In this document: positions 11,963 to 23,177 of the stretch, piece by piece | How positions within the stretch are numbered: the stretch's first letter is position 1 | Layout: each line of letters opens with the position of its first letter | Assembly (NCBI GenBank): GCA_964016885.1 | Contig: OZ024740.1 | Location: forward strand, 433,318,001 to 433,382,000 | DNA: 64,000 nt | DNA from: Eledone cirrhosa | Lineage: Eukaryota | Reading direction: 5' to 3' | Notes under the pieces: model-generated | The model's database searches: none | Told to the model about the DNA's origin: nothing | Seen by the model: the letters and a program-made list of their open reading frames with translations, nothing else | Position numbers and translations under genes: made by a program

Positions 11963-12871
11963 TGACATAGACAGTGTCTTTCATTAGAAATATGGTAATG
12001 AAAGGGTTAATGACATAGACAATGTCTTTCATTAGAAATATGGTAATGAAAGTGTTAATGACATAGACAATGTCTTTCATTAGAAATATGGTAATGAAAG
12101 TGTTAATGACATAGACAGTGTCTTTCATTAGAAATATGGTAATGAACGAGTTAATGACATAGACAGTGTCTTTCATTAGAAATATGGTAATGAACGAGTT
12201 AATGACATAGACAGTGTCTTTCATTAGAAATATGGTAATGAAAGGGTTAATGACATAGACAGTGTCTTTCATTAGAAATATGGTAATGAAAGGGTTAATG
12301 ACATAGACAGTGTCTTTCATTAGAAATATGGTAATGAAAGGATTAATGACATAGACAGTGTCTTTCATTAGAAATATGGTAATGAAAGGATTAATGACAT
12401 AGACAGTGTCTTTCATTAGAAATATGGTAATGAAAGTGTTAATGACATAGACAGTGTCTTTCATTAGAAATATGGTAATGAAAGGGTTAATAACATGGAC
12501 AATGTCTTTCATTAGAAATATGGTAATGAAAGTGTTAATGACATAGACAGTGTCTTTCATTAGAAATATGGTAATGAAAGGGTTAATGACATAGACAGTG
12601 TCTTTCATTAGATATATGGTAATGAAAGTGTTGACATAGACAGTGTCTTTCATTAGAAATATGGTAATGAAAGGGTTAATGACATAGACAGTGTCTTTCA
12701 GTAGAAATATGGTAATGAAAGTGTTAATGACATAGACAGTGTCTTTCATTAGAAATATGGTAATGAAAGGGTTAATGACATAGACAGTGTCTTTCATTAG
12801 AAATATGGTAATGAAAGGGTTAATGACATAGACAGTGTCTTTCATTAGAAATATGGTAATGAAAGGGTTAA
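11930..12871. repeat. 48-bp tandem satellite, ~20 copies, same family as 4582-8168
   Basis: Unit CAGTGTCTTTCATTAGAAATATGGTAATGAAAGGGTTAATGACATAGA; ends at GAAAGGGTTAA. Confidence 0.97.
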
Positions 12872-13126
12872 ATATTTTAAGTGTGACTATTTGAAGCTAT
12901 TCTCTTCTCTCTGTGGATACTTTCAACTCAAAAGTTCAGTATTGTCTGCAGCAGTAAGAAGTGACATAGTAACAAGTATATAACTGGAACTTGGCACTTT
13001 ATAATACAATACACTTTATCATATGGGTTTTATTACACCAACACACACTGCAGCATTGATTATTTTTACATATACAGACAGAATATTTACTGTATTCATT
13101 GTTTCTTTACTATAGTGCTATTGAAT

Positions 13127-13304
13127 TTAACCCTTTTGATACCAATCTAGCCTAAACTGTCTTTACTTCTAGGAAACAAAACCACATATTTTATAGGGTT
13201 TTTATTTAAATCTTCGAATATTATTTTATATAAGAACCACATGATGAGTGGTTAGTAATGAAATAATGTGTGTATCATTAGAAATAGAGAAATGAAAGTG
13301 TTAA
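13127..13304 (+). mobile_element. Unexpanded piggyBac-type MITE with TTAA at both ends
   Basis: TTAA-CCCTTTTGATACC ... CATTAGAAATAGAGAAATGAAAGTG-TTAA; imperfect TIRs; right end resembles the 48-bp satellite unit. Confidence 0.65.
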
Positions 13305-13329
13305 TGGCCAACTTCAGTACTATAATGTT

Positions 13330-14763
13330 CCCCGTGTGAGGGAGACCCCAGTGAGAGGGAGACCCCAGTATGAGGGAGACCCCATTGTGAGGGAGGCCCC
13401 AGTGTGAGGGAGGCCCCAGTGTGAAGGAGACCCCAGTGTGAAGGAGGCCCCAATGTGAGGGAGGCTCCAGTGTGAGGGAGGCCCCAGTGAGAGGGAGACC
13501 CCAGTGTGAAGGAGACCCCAGTGTGAGGGAGGCCCCAGTGTGAGGGAGGCCCCAGTGTGAAGGATGCCCCAGTGTGTGAGAGGCCCCAGTGAGAGGGAGA
13601 CCCCAGTGTGAAGGAGACCCCAGTGTGAGGGAGGCCCCAGTGTGAGGGAGGCCCCAGTGTGAAGGATGCCCCAGTGTGAAGGAGACCCCAGTGAGAGGGA
13701 GACCCCAGTGAGAAGGAGACCCCAGTGTGAAGGAGACTCCAGTGTGAAGGAGACCCCAGTGTGAAGGAGACCCTAGTGTGAAGGATGCCCCAGTGTATGG
13801 GAGGCCCCAGTGAGAGGGAGACCCCAGTGAGAAGGAGACCCCAGTGTGAAGGAGACCCCAGTGTGAAGGATGCCCCAGTGTATGGGAGACCCCAGTGAGA
13901 GGGAGACCCCAGTGTGAAGGAGACTCCAGTGTGAAGGAGACCCCAGTGTGAAGGAGACCCTAGTGTGAAGGATGCCCCAGTGTATGGGAGACCCCAGTGA
14001 GAGGGAGACCCCAGTGAGAAGGAGACCCCAGTGTGAAGGAGACCCCAGTGTGAAGGAGACCCTAGTGTGAAGGATGCCCCAGTGTATGGGGGACCCCAGT
14101 GAGAGGGAGACCGCAGTGTGAAGGAGACCCCAGTGTGAAGGAGACCCCAGTGTGAGGGAGGCCCCAGTGTGAGGGAGGCCCCAGTGTGAAGGATGCCCCA
14201 GTGTGAAGGAGACCCTAGTGTGAAGGATGCCCCAGTGTATGGGAGACCCCAGTGAGAGGGAGACCGCAGTGTGAAGGAGACCCCAGTGTGAAGGAGACTC
14301 CAGTGTGAAGGAGACCCCAGTGAGAGGGAGGCCCCAGTGAGAGGGAGACACCAAAGACCCCAGTGTGAGGGAGACCCCAGTGTGTGGGAGACTCCAGTGA
14401 GAGGGAGACCCCAGTGTGTGGGAGGCCCCAGTGAGAGGGAGACCCCAGTGTGAAGGAGACCCCAGTGAGAGGGAGGCCCCAGTGTGAAGGAGACTCCAGT
14501 GAGAGGGAGGCCCCAGTGAGAGGGAGACCCCAGTGTGAAGGAGACCCCAGTGTGAGGGAGACCCCAGTGTGTGGGAGACCCCAGTGTGTGGGAGACCCCA
14601 GTGTGAAGGAGACGCCAGTGTGTGGGAGACCCCAGTGAGAGGGAGACCTCAGTGAGAGGGAGACCCCAGTGTGAAGGAGACCCCAGTGAGAGGGAGGCCC
14701 CAGTGAGAGGGAGGCCCCAGTGAGAGAGAGACACCAAAGACCCCAGTGTGAGGGAGACCCCAG
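13330..14763. repeat. 17-bp GC-rich minisatellite, ~84 copies
   Basis: Unit CCCCAGTG(T/A)GA(G/A)GGAG(A/G); strongly purine-biased top strand; two ACCAAAGA insertions near 14350 and 14733. Confidence 0.95.
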
Positions 14764-15234
14764 AGGAAGTATCAAAAGTTATGAGCTAGCTGTTGAGTTA
14801 CATGTAATTATCATTACTTGTAACTGAAGGGGTCATTATTTGGTTGTCTCTTCACATAGCAGTTGTCAAGCTAAAGAATAAAAAAAGGGTTGAAGATAGT
14901 TTTAAATACCTTTGTATTTGTTGTAGCCCCAAATGAACATACTAGTAGTAATGAAAGGCATTTTAGCAGTGTCTACCTGACTGTTAATTCTAACAGGTAG
15001 AGTAACCCCATGGAGCAACTCTGCTGAGCACGTCACATTGTCTCAACATTACTGAAGTATAATCTGTATGTACTACATTTTTCAGGTTATTAGATACAAC
15101 ACCCCCTCTCTTTAGTTCAAAGAAAAATATCACTATAGGTATTAATTTAGTATTAATATAAACCAAACTATGCCTACATCATCATCATTTAAATATATAG
15201 TAATACATAGTTTATAATATACATATTATTATCA

Positions 15235-15462
15235 GATGTCGGGACACTGCATCCTTCAAAACTTCCTGAGATTTGCCAACACTACATCTGATATTCCCCA
15301 TCCAGACACACACTTGTGTGTGTGTGTGTGTGTATATCATGACTCATACACTATTCACTTTCCTGACATCTCTACATTATTCTATGTACTATAGATGCAC
15401 CTTTGATGAGTTGTAGTGCACCTGAGCACTGTACACAATCATTTTCATTATTATTATTATTA
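15235..15462 (+). mobile_element. CR1 3'-end fragment with (ATT)n tail
   Basis: GATGTCGGGACACTGCATCCTTCAAAAC..CAACACTACA..GAGTTGTAGTGCACCTGAGCACTGTACACAAT..(ATT)n matches 11360-11573 and 27160-27340. Confidence 0.9.
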
Positions 15463-15463
15463 C

Positions 15464-16678
15464 AGGGCGGTGGATTGGCAGTATCGGTAGAGAGTCAGAC
15501 GCCATGCTAGGGTGGTAGATTGGCAGTATCGGTAGAGGGTCGGACGCCATGCTAGGGTGGTAGATTGGCAGTATCGGTAGAGGGTCGGACGCCATGCTAG
15601 GGTGGTAGATTGGCAGTATCGGTAGAGGGTCGGACGCCATGCTAGGGTGGTAGATTGGCAGTATCGGTAGAGGGTCGGACGCCATGCTAGGGTGGTAGAT
15701 TGGCAGTATCGGTAGAGGGTCGGACGCCATGCTAGGGTGGTAGATTGGCAGTATCGGTAGAGAGTCAGACGCCATGCTAGGGTGGTAGATTGGCAGTATC
15801 GGTAGAGGGTCAGACGCCATGCTAGGGTGGTAGATTGGCAGTATCGGTAGAGGGTCGGACGCCATGCTAGGGTGGTAGATTGGCAGTATCGGTAGAGGGT
15901 CGGACGCCTTGCTAGGGTGGTAGATTGGCAGTATCGGTAGAGAGTCAGACGCCATGCTAGGGTGGTAGATTGGCAGTATCGGTAGAGGGTCGGACGCCAT
16001 GCTAGGGTGGTAGATTGGCAGTATCGGTAGAGGGTCGGACGCCATGCTAGGGTGGTAGATTGGCAGTATCGGTAGAGGGTCGGACGCCATGCTAGGGTGG
16101 TAGATTGGCAGTATCGGTAGAGGGTCGGACGCCATGCTAGGGTGGTAGATTGGCAGTATCGGTAGAGGGTCGGACGCCATGCTAGGGTGGTAGATTGGCA
16201 GTATCGGTAGAGGGTCGGACGCCATGCTAGGGTGGTAGATTGGCAGTATCGGTAGAGGGTCGGACGCCTTGCTAGGGTGGTAGATTGGCAGTATCGGTAG
16301 AGAGTCAGACGCCATGCTAGGGTGGTAGATTGGCAGTATCGGTAGAGGGTCAGACGCCATGCTAGGGTGGTAGATTGGCAGTATCGGTAGAGGGTCGGAC
16401 GCCATGCTAGGGTGGTAGATTGGCAGTATCGGTAGAGGGTCGGACGCCATGCTAGGGTGGTAGATTGGCAGTATCGGTAGAGGGTCGGACGCCATGCTAG
16501 GGTGGTAGATTGGCAGTATCGGTAGAGGGTCGGACGCCATGCTAGGGTGGTAGATTGGCAGTATCGGTAGAGGGTCAGACGCCATGCTAGGGTGGTAGAT
16601 TGGCAGTATCGGTAGAGGGTCGGACGCCATGCTAGGGTGGTAGATTGGCAGTATCGGTAGAGGGTCGGACGCCATGCT
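15464..16678. repeat. 45-bp tandem array, 27 copies
   Basis: Unit AGGGTGGTAGATTGGCAGTATCGGTAGAGGGTCGGACGCCATGCT; very homogeneous. Confidence 0.97.
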
Positions 16679-16835
16679 TTCCAGCATAGTTACGTCCCTT
16701 GACGATCTGAGTTCAAATCCCGCCGAGGTTGACTTTGCCTTTCATCCTTACGGGGTCGATAAAATAAAAGTACCAGTAATACACTGGGTAATTGCTGGCC
16801 TTGTGCCTAAAGTAGAAACAATTATTATTATTATT
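15464..16835 (+). mobile_element. tRNA-derived SINE whose 5' 45 bp is tandemly repeated 27 times
   Basis: A-box-like TGGCAGTATCGG, B box GTTCAAATCC (16711-16720), core GCCTTTCATCCTTACGGGGTCGATAAAATAAAGTACCAG and (ATT)n tail; unexpanded sister copy at 33230-33424. Confidence 0.88.
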
Positions 16836-16841
16836 ACTATA

Positions 16842-17070
16842 AGAGCAGTAGATTAGCAGTATTGGTAGAGCGTCGGACATTATGCATTATGGCATAGAGT
16901 TACACCCCTTTACGATCTGGGTTCAAATCCTGCCGAGGTTATCTTTGCCTTTCATCCTTTCAGGGGTCAATAAAATAAAGTACCAGTAAGGCACTGGGGT
17001 TGATTTAATCGACTTTCTCCTCTCTCCAAATTACTGGCCTTGTGTCTAAAGTAGAAATAATTATTATTAC
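16842..17070 (+). mobile_element. tRNA-derived SINE (same family), directly following the previous copy
   Basis: GATTAGCAGTATTGGTAGAGCGTCGG..GTTCAAATCCTGCCGAGGTT..GCCTTTCATCCTTTCAGGGGTCAATAAAATAAAGTACCAG..(ATT)n. Confidence 0.85.
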
Positions 17071-17264
17071 CAGAATTATATTTATATCAGTGTTTAGGAT
17101 GCAGGAAGATTTTTGTGACAATCTTTGGGCTAAATTGATCGATGGAATCAACTGACAAGAACCCAGAACTCATTCACTTACCGAGTGAGTTGGAACTTGT
17201 CAAATTGGACCAAGGAAACAATGTTTCCTTTAGTCGTTCCATTGCTGATACTATCTACCAGTCG

Positions 17265-17390
17265 TAACTTCTGGCAGAAAGAGTAACATGAAATAAAGTG
17301 TCTTGCTCAAGGACATAACACATCACCTGGTCTATGAATTGCACTTGCAACCTCATGATTGTGAATCCAATTCTCTAACCACTAAAACAT
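17265..17390 (-). mobile_element. CORE-type SINE 5' fragment
   Basis: Minus strand TTAGTGGTTAGAG..ACAATCATGAGGTTG..GTCCTTGAGCAAGACACTTTATTTCA matches 34038-34135. Confidence 0.7.
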
Positions 17391-17474
17391 GCACCTTTTG
17401 GCTAAAAAAGTTCTTTATACACTGAAAAATAGAGTAATTCATTAGTTGACTGGTAGTATCTTATTCATATTATC

Positions 17475-17860
17475 AATATAAACAAATATATTTGCCAACC
17501 CTTACCTATGGTCAAGAATCTTGGGTAATGACCGAAAGAATATGGTTGCGAATACAAGCGACCGAAATAGGATTCCCCAGAATCTTGGAGATGAGAGTGT
17601 CACTCCAGGTAGAGCTGCTACTTCTCTGAATTGAGAGATCACAGCTCCGATACTATGGTCATGTGGTTAGAATCTCTCAGGAAAGAATCACTGGACAGAT
17701 TTTACGGGCAAAACTAACCGAAAGGAGACCCAGGGGTAGACCCCGAGCAAGATGGTTGGATAACATCCATGAGGTTGGCTGGTCTTGATAGGGGATCCAG
17801 TCGGATCAGTTGGAGACAGTTGCTTCTGACAGGGCCCGCTGGAAGGAGTGTTTGAGGACT
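17475..17860 (+). mobile_element. Degenerate 3' fragment of an RTE-clade (Expander/Rex3-like) LINE
   Basis: YKQIYLPTLTYGQESWVMTERIWLRIQATEIGF ... IERSQLRYYGHVVRISQERI ... RRPRGRPRARWLDNI. Confidence 0.75.
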
Positions 17861-17861
17861 T

Positions 17862-18381
17862 GGTGGTGGTGGTGGAAGTAGTGGTGGTGGTGGTTGTGAT
17901 TGTGGTGGGGTGGTAGAAGTGGTGGTGGTAGAAGTAGTGATGGTGGTGGTGGTAGTGGTGATGATGGTGGTGGTGGTAGAAGTAGTGATGGTGATGGTGG
18001 TGGTGATGGTAGAAGTGGTGGTGGTGGAAGTGGTGGTGGCGGTAGTGGTAGTGGTGGTGCTAGTGGTAGAAGTGGTGGTGGCGATAGTGGTAGTGGTGGT
18101 GCTAGTGATAGCAGTGGTGATAGTGGTGGATGTAGTGGTGGTGGTGGTAGTGTTGGTGGTAGTGGTGGTACAGTGGTAGTCGTGGTGGTAGCAGTGGTAA
18201 TGGTGGTAGTAGTGGTAACAGTGGTAACAGTGGTAGTAGTGGTGGTAGCAGTGGTAATGGTAACAGTGGTAGTAGTAGTAACAGTGGTAGTAGTGGTGGT
18301 GGTAACAGTGGTAGTAGTAGTAACAGTGGTAGTAGTGGTGGTAGCAGTGGTAATGGTAACAGTGGTAGTAGTAGTGGTAGA
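17862..18381. repeat. (GGT/AGT)n trinucleotide low-complexity tract
   Basis: Direct inspection; explains the poly-V/G/P ORFs. Confidence 0.9.
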
Positions 18382-19119
18382 GGAGGGATAGCGATGATAA
18401 TATACAATGGTGACAGCATTAATAAGATTTTCTCCCTTCTCCCCATAACATGGAGCTATTTTTATTTAATCAGACATATTATGCAGTGGTTTATTTTTAG
18501 AGTAGCTACTATCCAAGACAGGATAGTTTCATATCATTTAGGAAGCCACAACTCTATCTAATAGTTTGATTTTTGGAATCAATATTTTCTATGAGTGGAA
18601 GAATGTCAATTTTGCCCTTATTTTTCATCTCTTCAGTCTAAAATCATTAATATCCTAATTTAGAATTGTTATTCATTAGACCATAGCTAGATAAGAATTT
18701 TAATAATTCTTTATACAGTGATAATCTGTATTAAATCTATTATGTTGAACATTCTCGTTGTAAGTTTTTAAAGTTTCATTTCCCTTAATGGTCTCAGAAA
18801 AGTTTTACATAATTCCTTATTTTAGTGTGACCATACCTCTGTTAGCACTTCTCTTTAAAGTACATTAAATTAGCACATACAAACTAAAATGTTTTCTCTA
18901 TTTTACAAAGTTTTTTACTTCTGATGAAGAGATTTTATCTAGAAAATTAAGGTCTTATTTGAATAAAGAACAGGTAAAACAAAGCTGCTTTGTGACCTTT
19001 TGTCTTAAATCATAGCACACCTTTTGTATTGTGGCAGCCTTCCAACTATATACCTTCTCATATATTTACTTGCTTTAGTATTCTTTAGTCCTCTTCTTTC
19101 TGTTTATATAAAGCAATAA

Positions 19120-19330
19120 TTGTTTCTGATTTAGGCACAAGGCCAACAATTTGGGGTAGGGAGAAAGTTGATTGAATCAACCCCAGTGTCTTACTGGTAC
19201 TTTATTTTATCAACCAGTAAGAATGAAAGGCAAAGCTAACCTCAGTGGGATTTGAACTTAGAATATAAAGAGCCATAACTCTATACCACAAAGCATGTGT
19301 GACACTCCACTGATTCTACTGCCAATCCAT
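19120..19330 (-). mobile_element. tRNA-derived SINE (same core family), reverse orientation
   Basis: TTTAGGCACAAGGCC..CCCCAGTGTCTTACTGGTACTTTATTTTATCAAC..GAATGAAAGGCAAAG..GGATTTGAACT..TTCTACTGCCAATCC. Confidence 0.8.
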
Positions 19331-19829
19331 ATAATACAATAATACTACAACAATAACTCTATTGGAAGTACGTAAAGCAGACTTTCAATATGGCAACATC
19401 ATGACACTAATGTTAGTGTAAATACTTTCTATTCCATGTTTCAACCAATGACTTATAAAAACAGTTGAGATTTCTCACACTTTGTTAAACTAATACCCAA
19501 TAATCTACAAATATTAACTCACTGAAGATGTCGCAGAAATGTGTGATAAAAGAACTTTGAGAAATTATATTTATAATTTTAACTGTTGGTCAATCAATGA
19601 TAAACATTGATTGCCAGCTAAATTATCTATTAAATCATAAAATTATACAGAAGCAAAAACCAAACCAAACAGTGAGTGTGTTTTACTATTTTTGGCAAGA
19701 TTAGGAGAACATCACCCTCCCCAAATATAACAATTTCAAATATTAGTTTAATAACTAGAATTCTTCCTTTTGTTTAGCAGCTTCAGTAGAATCACAAATC
19801 TGTTATTTCCAACCCTGTATATATAGACA

Positions 19830-19955
19830 AACTGGCAGAAGTGTTACATCAGACAATATGTGGTGTATATTATGACACCTGACATTCCTAGTTCAAATCC
19901 TGCTGAGGTCAACTTTCCTTTTCATCCTTCCAGGGTTGATAAATAAAGTACCAGT
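19830..19955 (+). mobile_element. Truncated tRNA-derived SINE
   Basis: CTGGCAGAAGTG..GTTCAAATCCTGCTGAGGTCAACTTTCCTTTTCATCCTTCCAGGGTTGATAAATAAAGTACCAG. Confidence 0.75.
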
Positions 19956-20164
19956 GTAAGGTGGTAGACCAGTGGAGTTGGAAGAGTGTCTGATGGAATA
20001 CCTTACATTATTTGTTCCAGCTTTCCTTTGTATAGTGAGTTCAAATACCGCTATAATCTACTTAGAAGATAGATGGTTATACCTTTGTTAGTGCAAAGGT
20101 TCTCAACGGAGGGCGGAATTTTCTCCGTACCAAAAAAAAAAAACCCATAAATAATCATGTCAAC

Positions 20165-20250
20165 ATCCTTACATACTTAAATATAAATGCATGTATATAT
20201 ACAAATGTATAAATGCATAGCTATATACATATGTAAATGTATGTATGTAG

Positions 20251-20284
<34 letters not shown>

Positions 20285-20370
20285 CTATATACATATATTT
20301 ACGTATGTATATAGCTATGCATTTATACATTTGTATATATACATGCATTTATATTTAAGTGTGTAAAGAT
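20165..20370. repeat. ~206-bp AT-rich palindrome centred on (TA)n
   Basis: Left arm CTTAAATATAAATGCATGTATATATACAAATGTATAAATGCATAGCTATATACATA is the reverse complement of the right arm, with few mismatches. Confidence 0.9.
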
Positions 20371-20389
20371 ATATATATGTGTGTGTGTG

Positions 20390-20453
<64 letters not shown>

Positions 20454-20577
20454 CCTGTTGACATACTGCTGACTCTCTTTTGATGTATGTATGTGTATAT
20501 ACATATATATATGTGTGTGTATATACATATGTGTATGTGTGTGTATATGTATATCTCAGTGGATGCGACCAGATTTC

Positions 20578-20890
20578 AACACAGCAACAACTACAACAAC
20601 TACAACAACAACAACAGCAACAACACCATCGTCTGTGTTGAATGTGTGTGTGTGTATGTATTTGTATATATGCGACAGCAATAACAGCATCAACACCATT
20701 GTCTGCAGCAACAGCAGCAGTGAAATGAAGGACAACAACAACAGCAACAACGACAACAACTACAATAACAACTACAGCACCAACAACGACAACAACTACA
20801 ATAACAACTACAGCACCAACAACTGCCACCACCATCACTGACCATCCACCACCACCACCACCACACTGACACTATCCACCACCGCCATTA
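20578..20890. repeat. (CAA)n/(CAC)n low-complexity tract with short internal duplications
   Basis: Direct inspection. Confidence 0.85.
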
Positions 20891-21023
20891 CCAGCGTAAA
20901 CAAACAATTATTATTGTTATTGTTATTATATACAAGCCGAACTGGACTGGGAAAGGTCAACAGTTGACATGATAGTGATTTTGATTTTGAATGCATGAGT
21001 ATTGGTGTGAGTCGTGTCAATAA

Positions 21024-21055
<32 letters not shown>

Positions 21056-21242
21056 GACCATGCTGTAAAATGGAGGAGTAGAGAGGGCCCTTGAGTCTAG
21101 TAAGACATCCTCTCTAGTGCTGGTGGCACAAATAAAAGCACCCAGTCCATGCTGTAAAGTGGCGCTGGTGTTAGGAAGGGCATCCAACCAGTGTATCAAT
21201 GCCAAAAAAACTTAGCACACCAACAAAACAGCATAGAAAAAT

Positions 21243-22142
21243 ATGAAGACGTCGCATCTCAGAGTTGCAACACTTAATGTTGGCACTCTCAGAGGTAGAT
21301 CTGCTGAAATAGCGGAGATGCTGGAGAGAAGGCAGGTGGATGTGTGCTGCATGCAAGAGGTGAGATGGAGAGGTGCCTCTGCGAGACTAGTCGTAGGCAA
21401 GCGTCTTAGCTATAAGCTATTCTGGGTAGGTAAGGATGATGGGTTAGGGGGAGTAGGCATTTTCCTGGCTGAGAAATGGATCAATAAGACAATAGAGGTA
21501 GTTCGAGTTAGTAATCGAATAATTAAGCTTAGATTAGTTGTAGGTAGGAGACTACTGACAATCATCTCGGTCTATGCTCCCCAAGCAGGCCTAGGCAAAG
21601 ATGAGAAAGACTGCTTTTATGAGCAACTTTTGCAAACAACCACAATGACAGAGGACGGAGACATCGTTATGCTAGCAGGAGACTTCAATGGTCATGTTGG
21701 ACAGCTCCAGGATGGTTACACTGGGGTACATGGTGGGCACGGTTACGGTTCAAGAAATGAAGAAGGAGTGAGACTTCTTGAATTTTGTGATGCAAGTACA
21801 TTGACTATTTGCAACACAAACTTCCAGAAACCTGCCAATCACCTAATAACCTACAAATCTGGTGAGCACATAAGCCAGATTGACTTCCTGCTAGTTAGGC
21901 AGCGGGACAGGCAGATAGTGTCTAATACCAAGGCATACCCTGGGGAAGAATGTACCCCACAGCATAGGTTAGTTGTTAGTGATATCTCAGTAAGCAAGAG
22001 ATGGAATGAGACATATAGGAAGGTGCGGAGAAGAAAGGTCTGGAAGTTAAAAGACCTTTCACTAAAATTCAAATTTAGGAAAGCCCTTCAAGATGTATAT
22101 GACGAAAAAGAAGACGATTTAGAGACGTATGACATAGATAAT
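21243..22142 (+). CDS. RTE ORF, N-terminal part: APE endonuclease
   Basis: VATLNVGTL, CMQEVRWRG, GVGIF, SVYAPQ, AGDFNGHVG, NEEG.RLLEFC, QIDFLL, QHRLVV motifs. Confidence 0.95.
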
Positions 22143-22326
22143 GATGTATGCTAGCATGTATGTATGCTAGCATGTATGTATGTGTCTATGCAGTCTGTGG
22201 TTTCTCTGTGAATATGTGAAGAAATGATATCTTTAAGCTTCATTTACTTACAAACTCTAAAATATCCGCTTTAATTTTCTACTTATTTCTTTGTTTTTAA
22301 ACGATATTTTCTGTAAACAGTTACAT

Positions 22327-22401
22327 GAGAGAGGGAATGACCGGATGAGAGAGGGAATGACCGGATGAGAGAGTCAATGACCGATGAGAGAGGGAATGAC
22401 C
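22327..22401. repeat. 4 x ~20-bp tandem repeat GAGAGAGGGAATGACCGGAT in the leader of the CR1 insert
   Basis: Direct inspection. Confidence 0.85.
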
Positions 22402-23177
22402 ACGTCTTGACCAAACAAAATATAATATTTTCACCAAAAACTGCCCTTTAAACACATGTCAGATGGATTACAATATTCATTATTACAATTACTTTCACTG
22501 TTCCCTGACAACTAGTACCAGTTTCAAGATAGAATTATCTTAACGAAGTATATATAATTTCACTTGATTTTCGCCAACGAACCACGTGTGGACATGGACG
22601 GGGAAAAAAGGAAAAAAAACAAAACAAATCACTACGTCCCTTAAGGATCGCAGTAAGTACTCCACAAAACATATAAACAACAATATACACACAGATTTAT
22701 ATACAAATACATACCATATGCATATACACACACGTGAAAAGAAACCACACTATTGCGTGTGAGACACTATACCGGCCAATTTTACCAATTTACATTGGTA
22801 AAATATTTCTTAACATTGACCTCGCTTCTAACCCACATACACCTTTTAATTATATATATATACTAGCAGCTGAAAGTTAATAATTTGAAAAAAAAAAAAT
22901 ATTATTGAAAGTTTACTATAAAGAAGCAGTATCAGGGGAAAAAAAAAAAAAAAAAAAAAAAAAAAAACGTTATTCGCTGTTAATAAACAACTGCCTTCTA
23001 CAGTACGTTTCATTTAACTTTCGCAGCATATTTATTTGTTTACATGCACAGACTCTTCTACACACACACAACATTTAGGAAAACGGAAACAAAATACACA
23101 AAAAAAACAGACATTTTATTTCTATCGTAATCAAGTGCGCTAAACCTATATTGTTTACATTCTGTGTTTTTCTACGG

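Noticed and set aside
4495-12845. 784-aa and 310-aa repetitive ORFs (VINPFITIFLxKDTV)n and their antisense ORFs
   Set aside because: Translations of the 48-bp MITE-derived satellite; no unique domain.
13301-16687. 478-aa (LGSPSHWG..) and 432-aa (MASDPLPILPIYHPS)n ORFs
   Set aside because: Products of the 17-bp (3x17=51) and 45-bp arrays; the latter is the antisense of a SINE head.
16690-16730. tRNA gene suggested by A/B boxes
   Set aside because: No cloverleaf; boxes are followed by the SINE core and (ATT)n tail and recur in several diverged copies.
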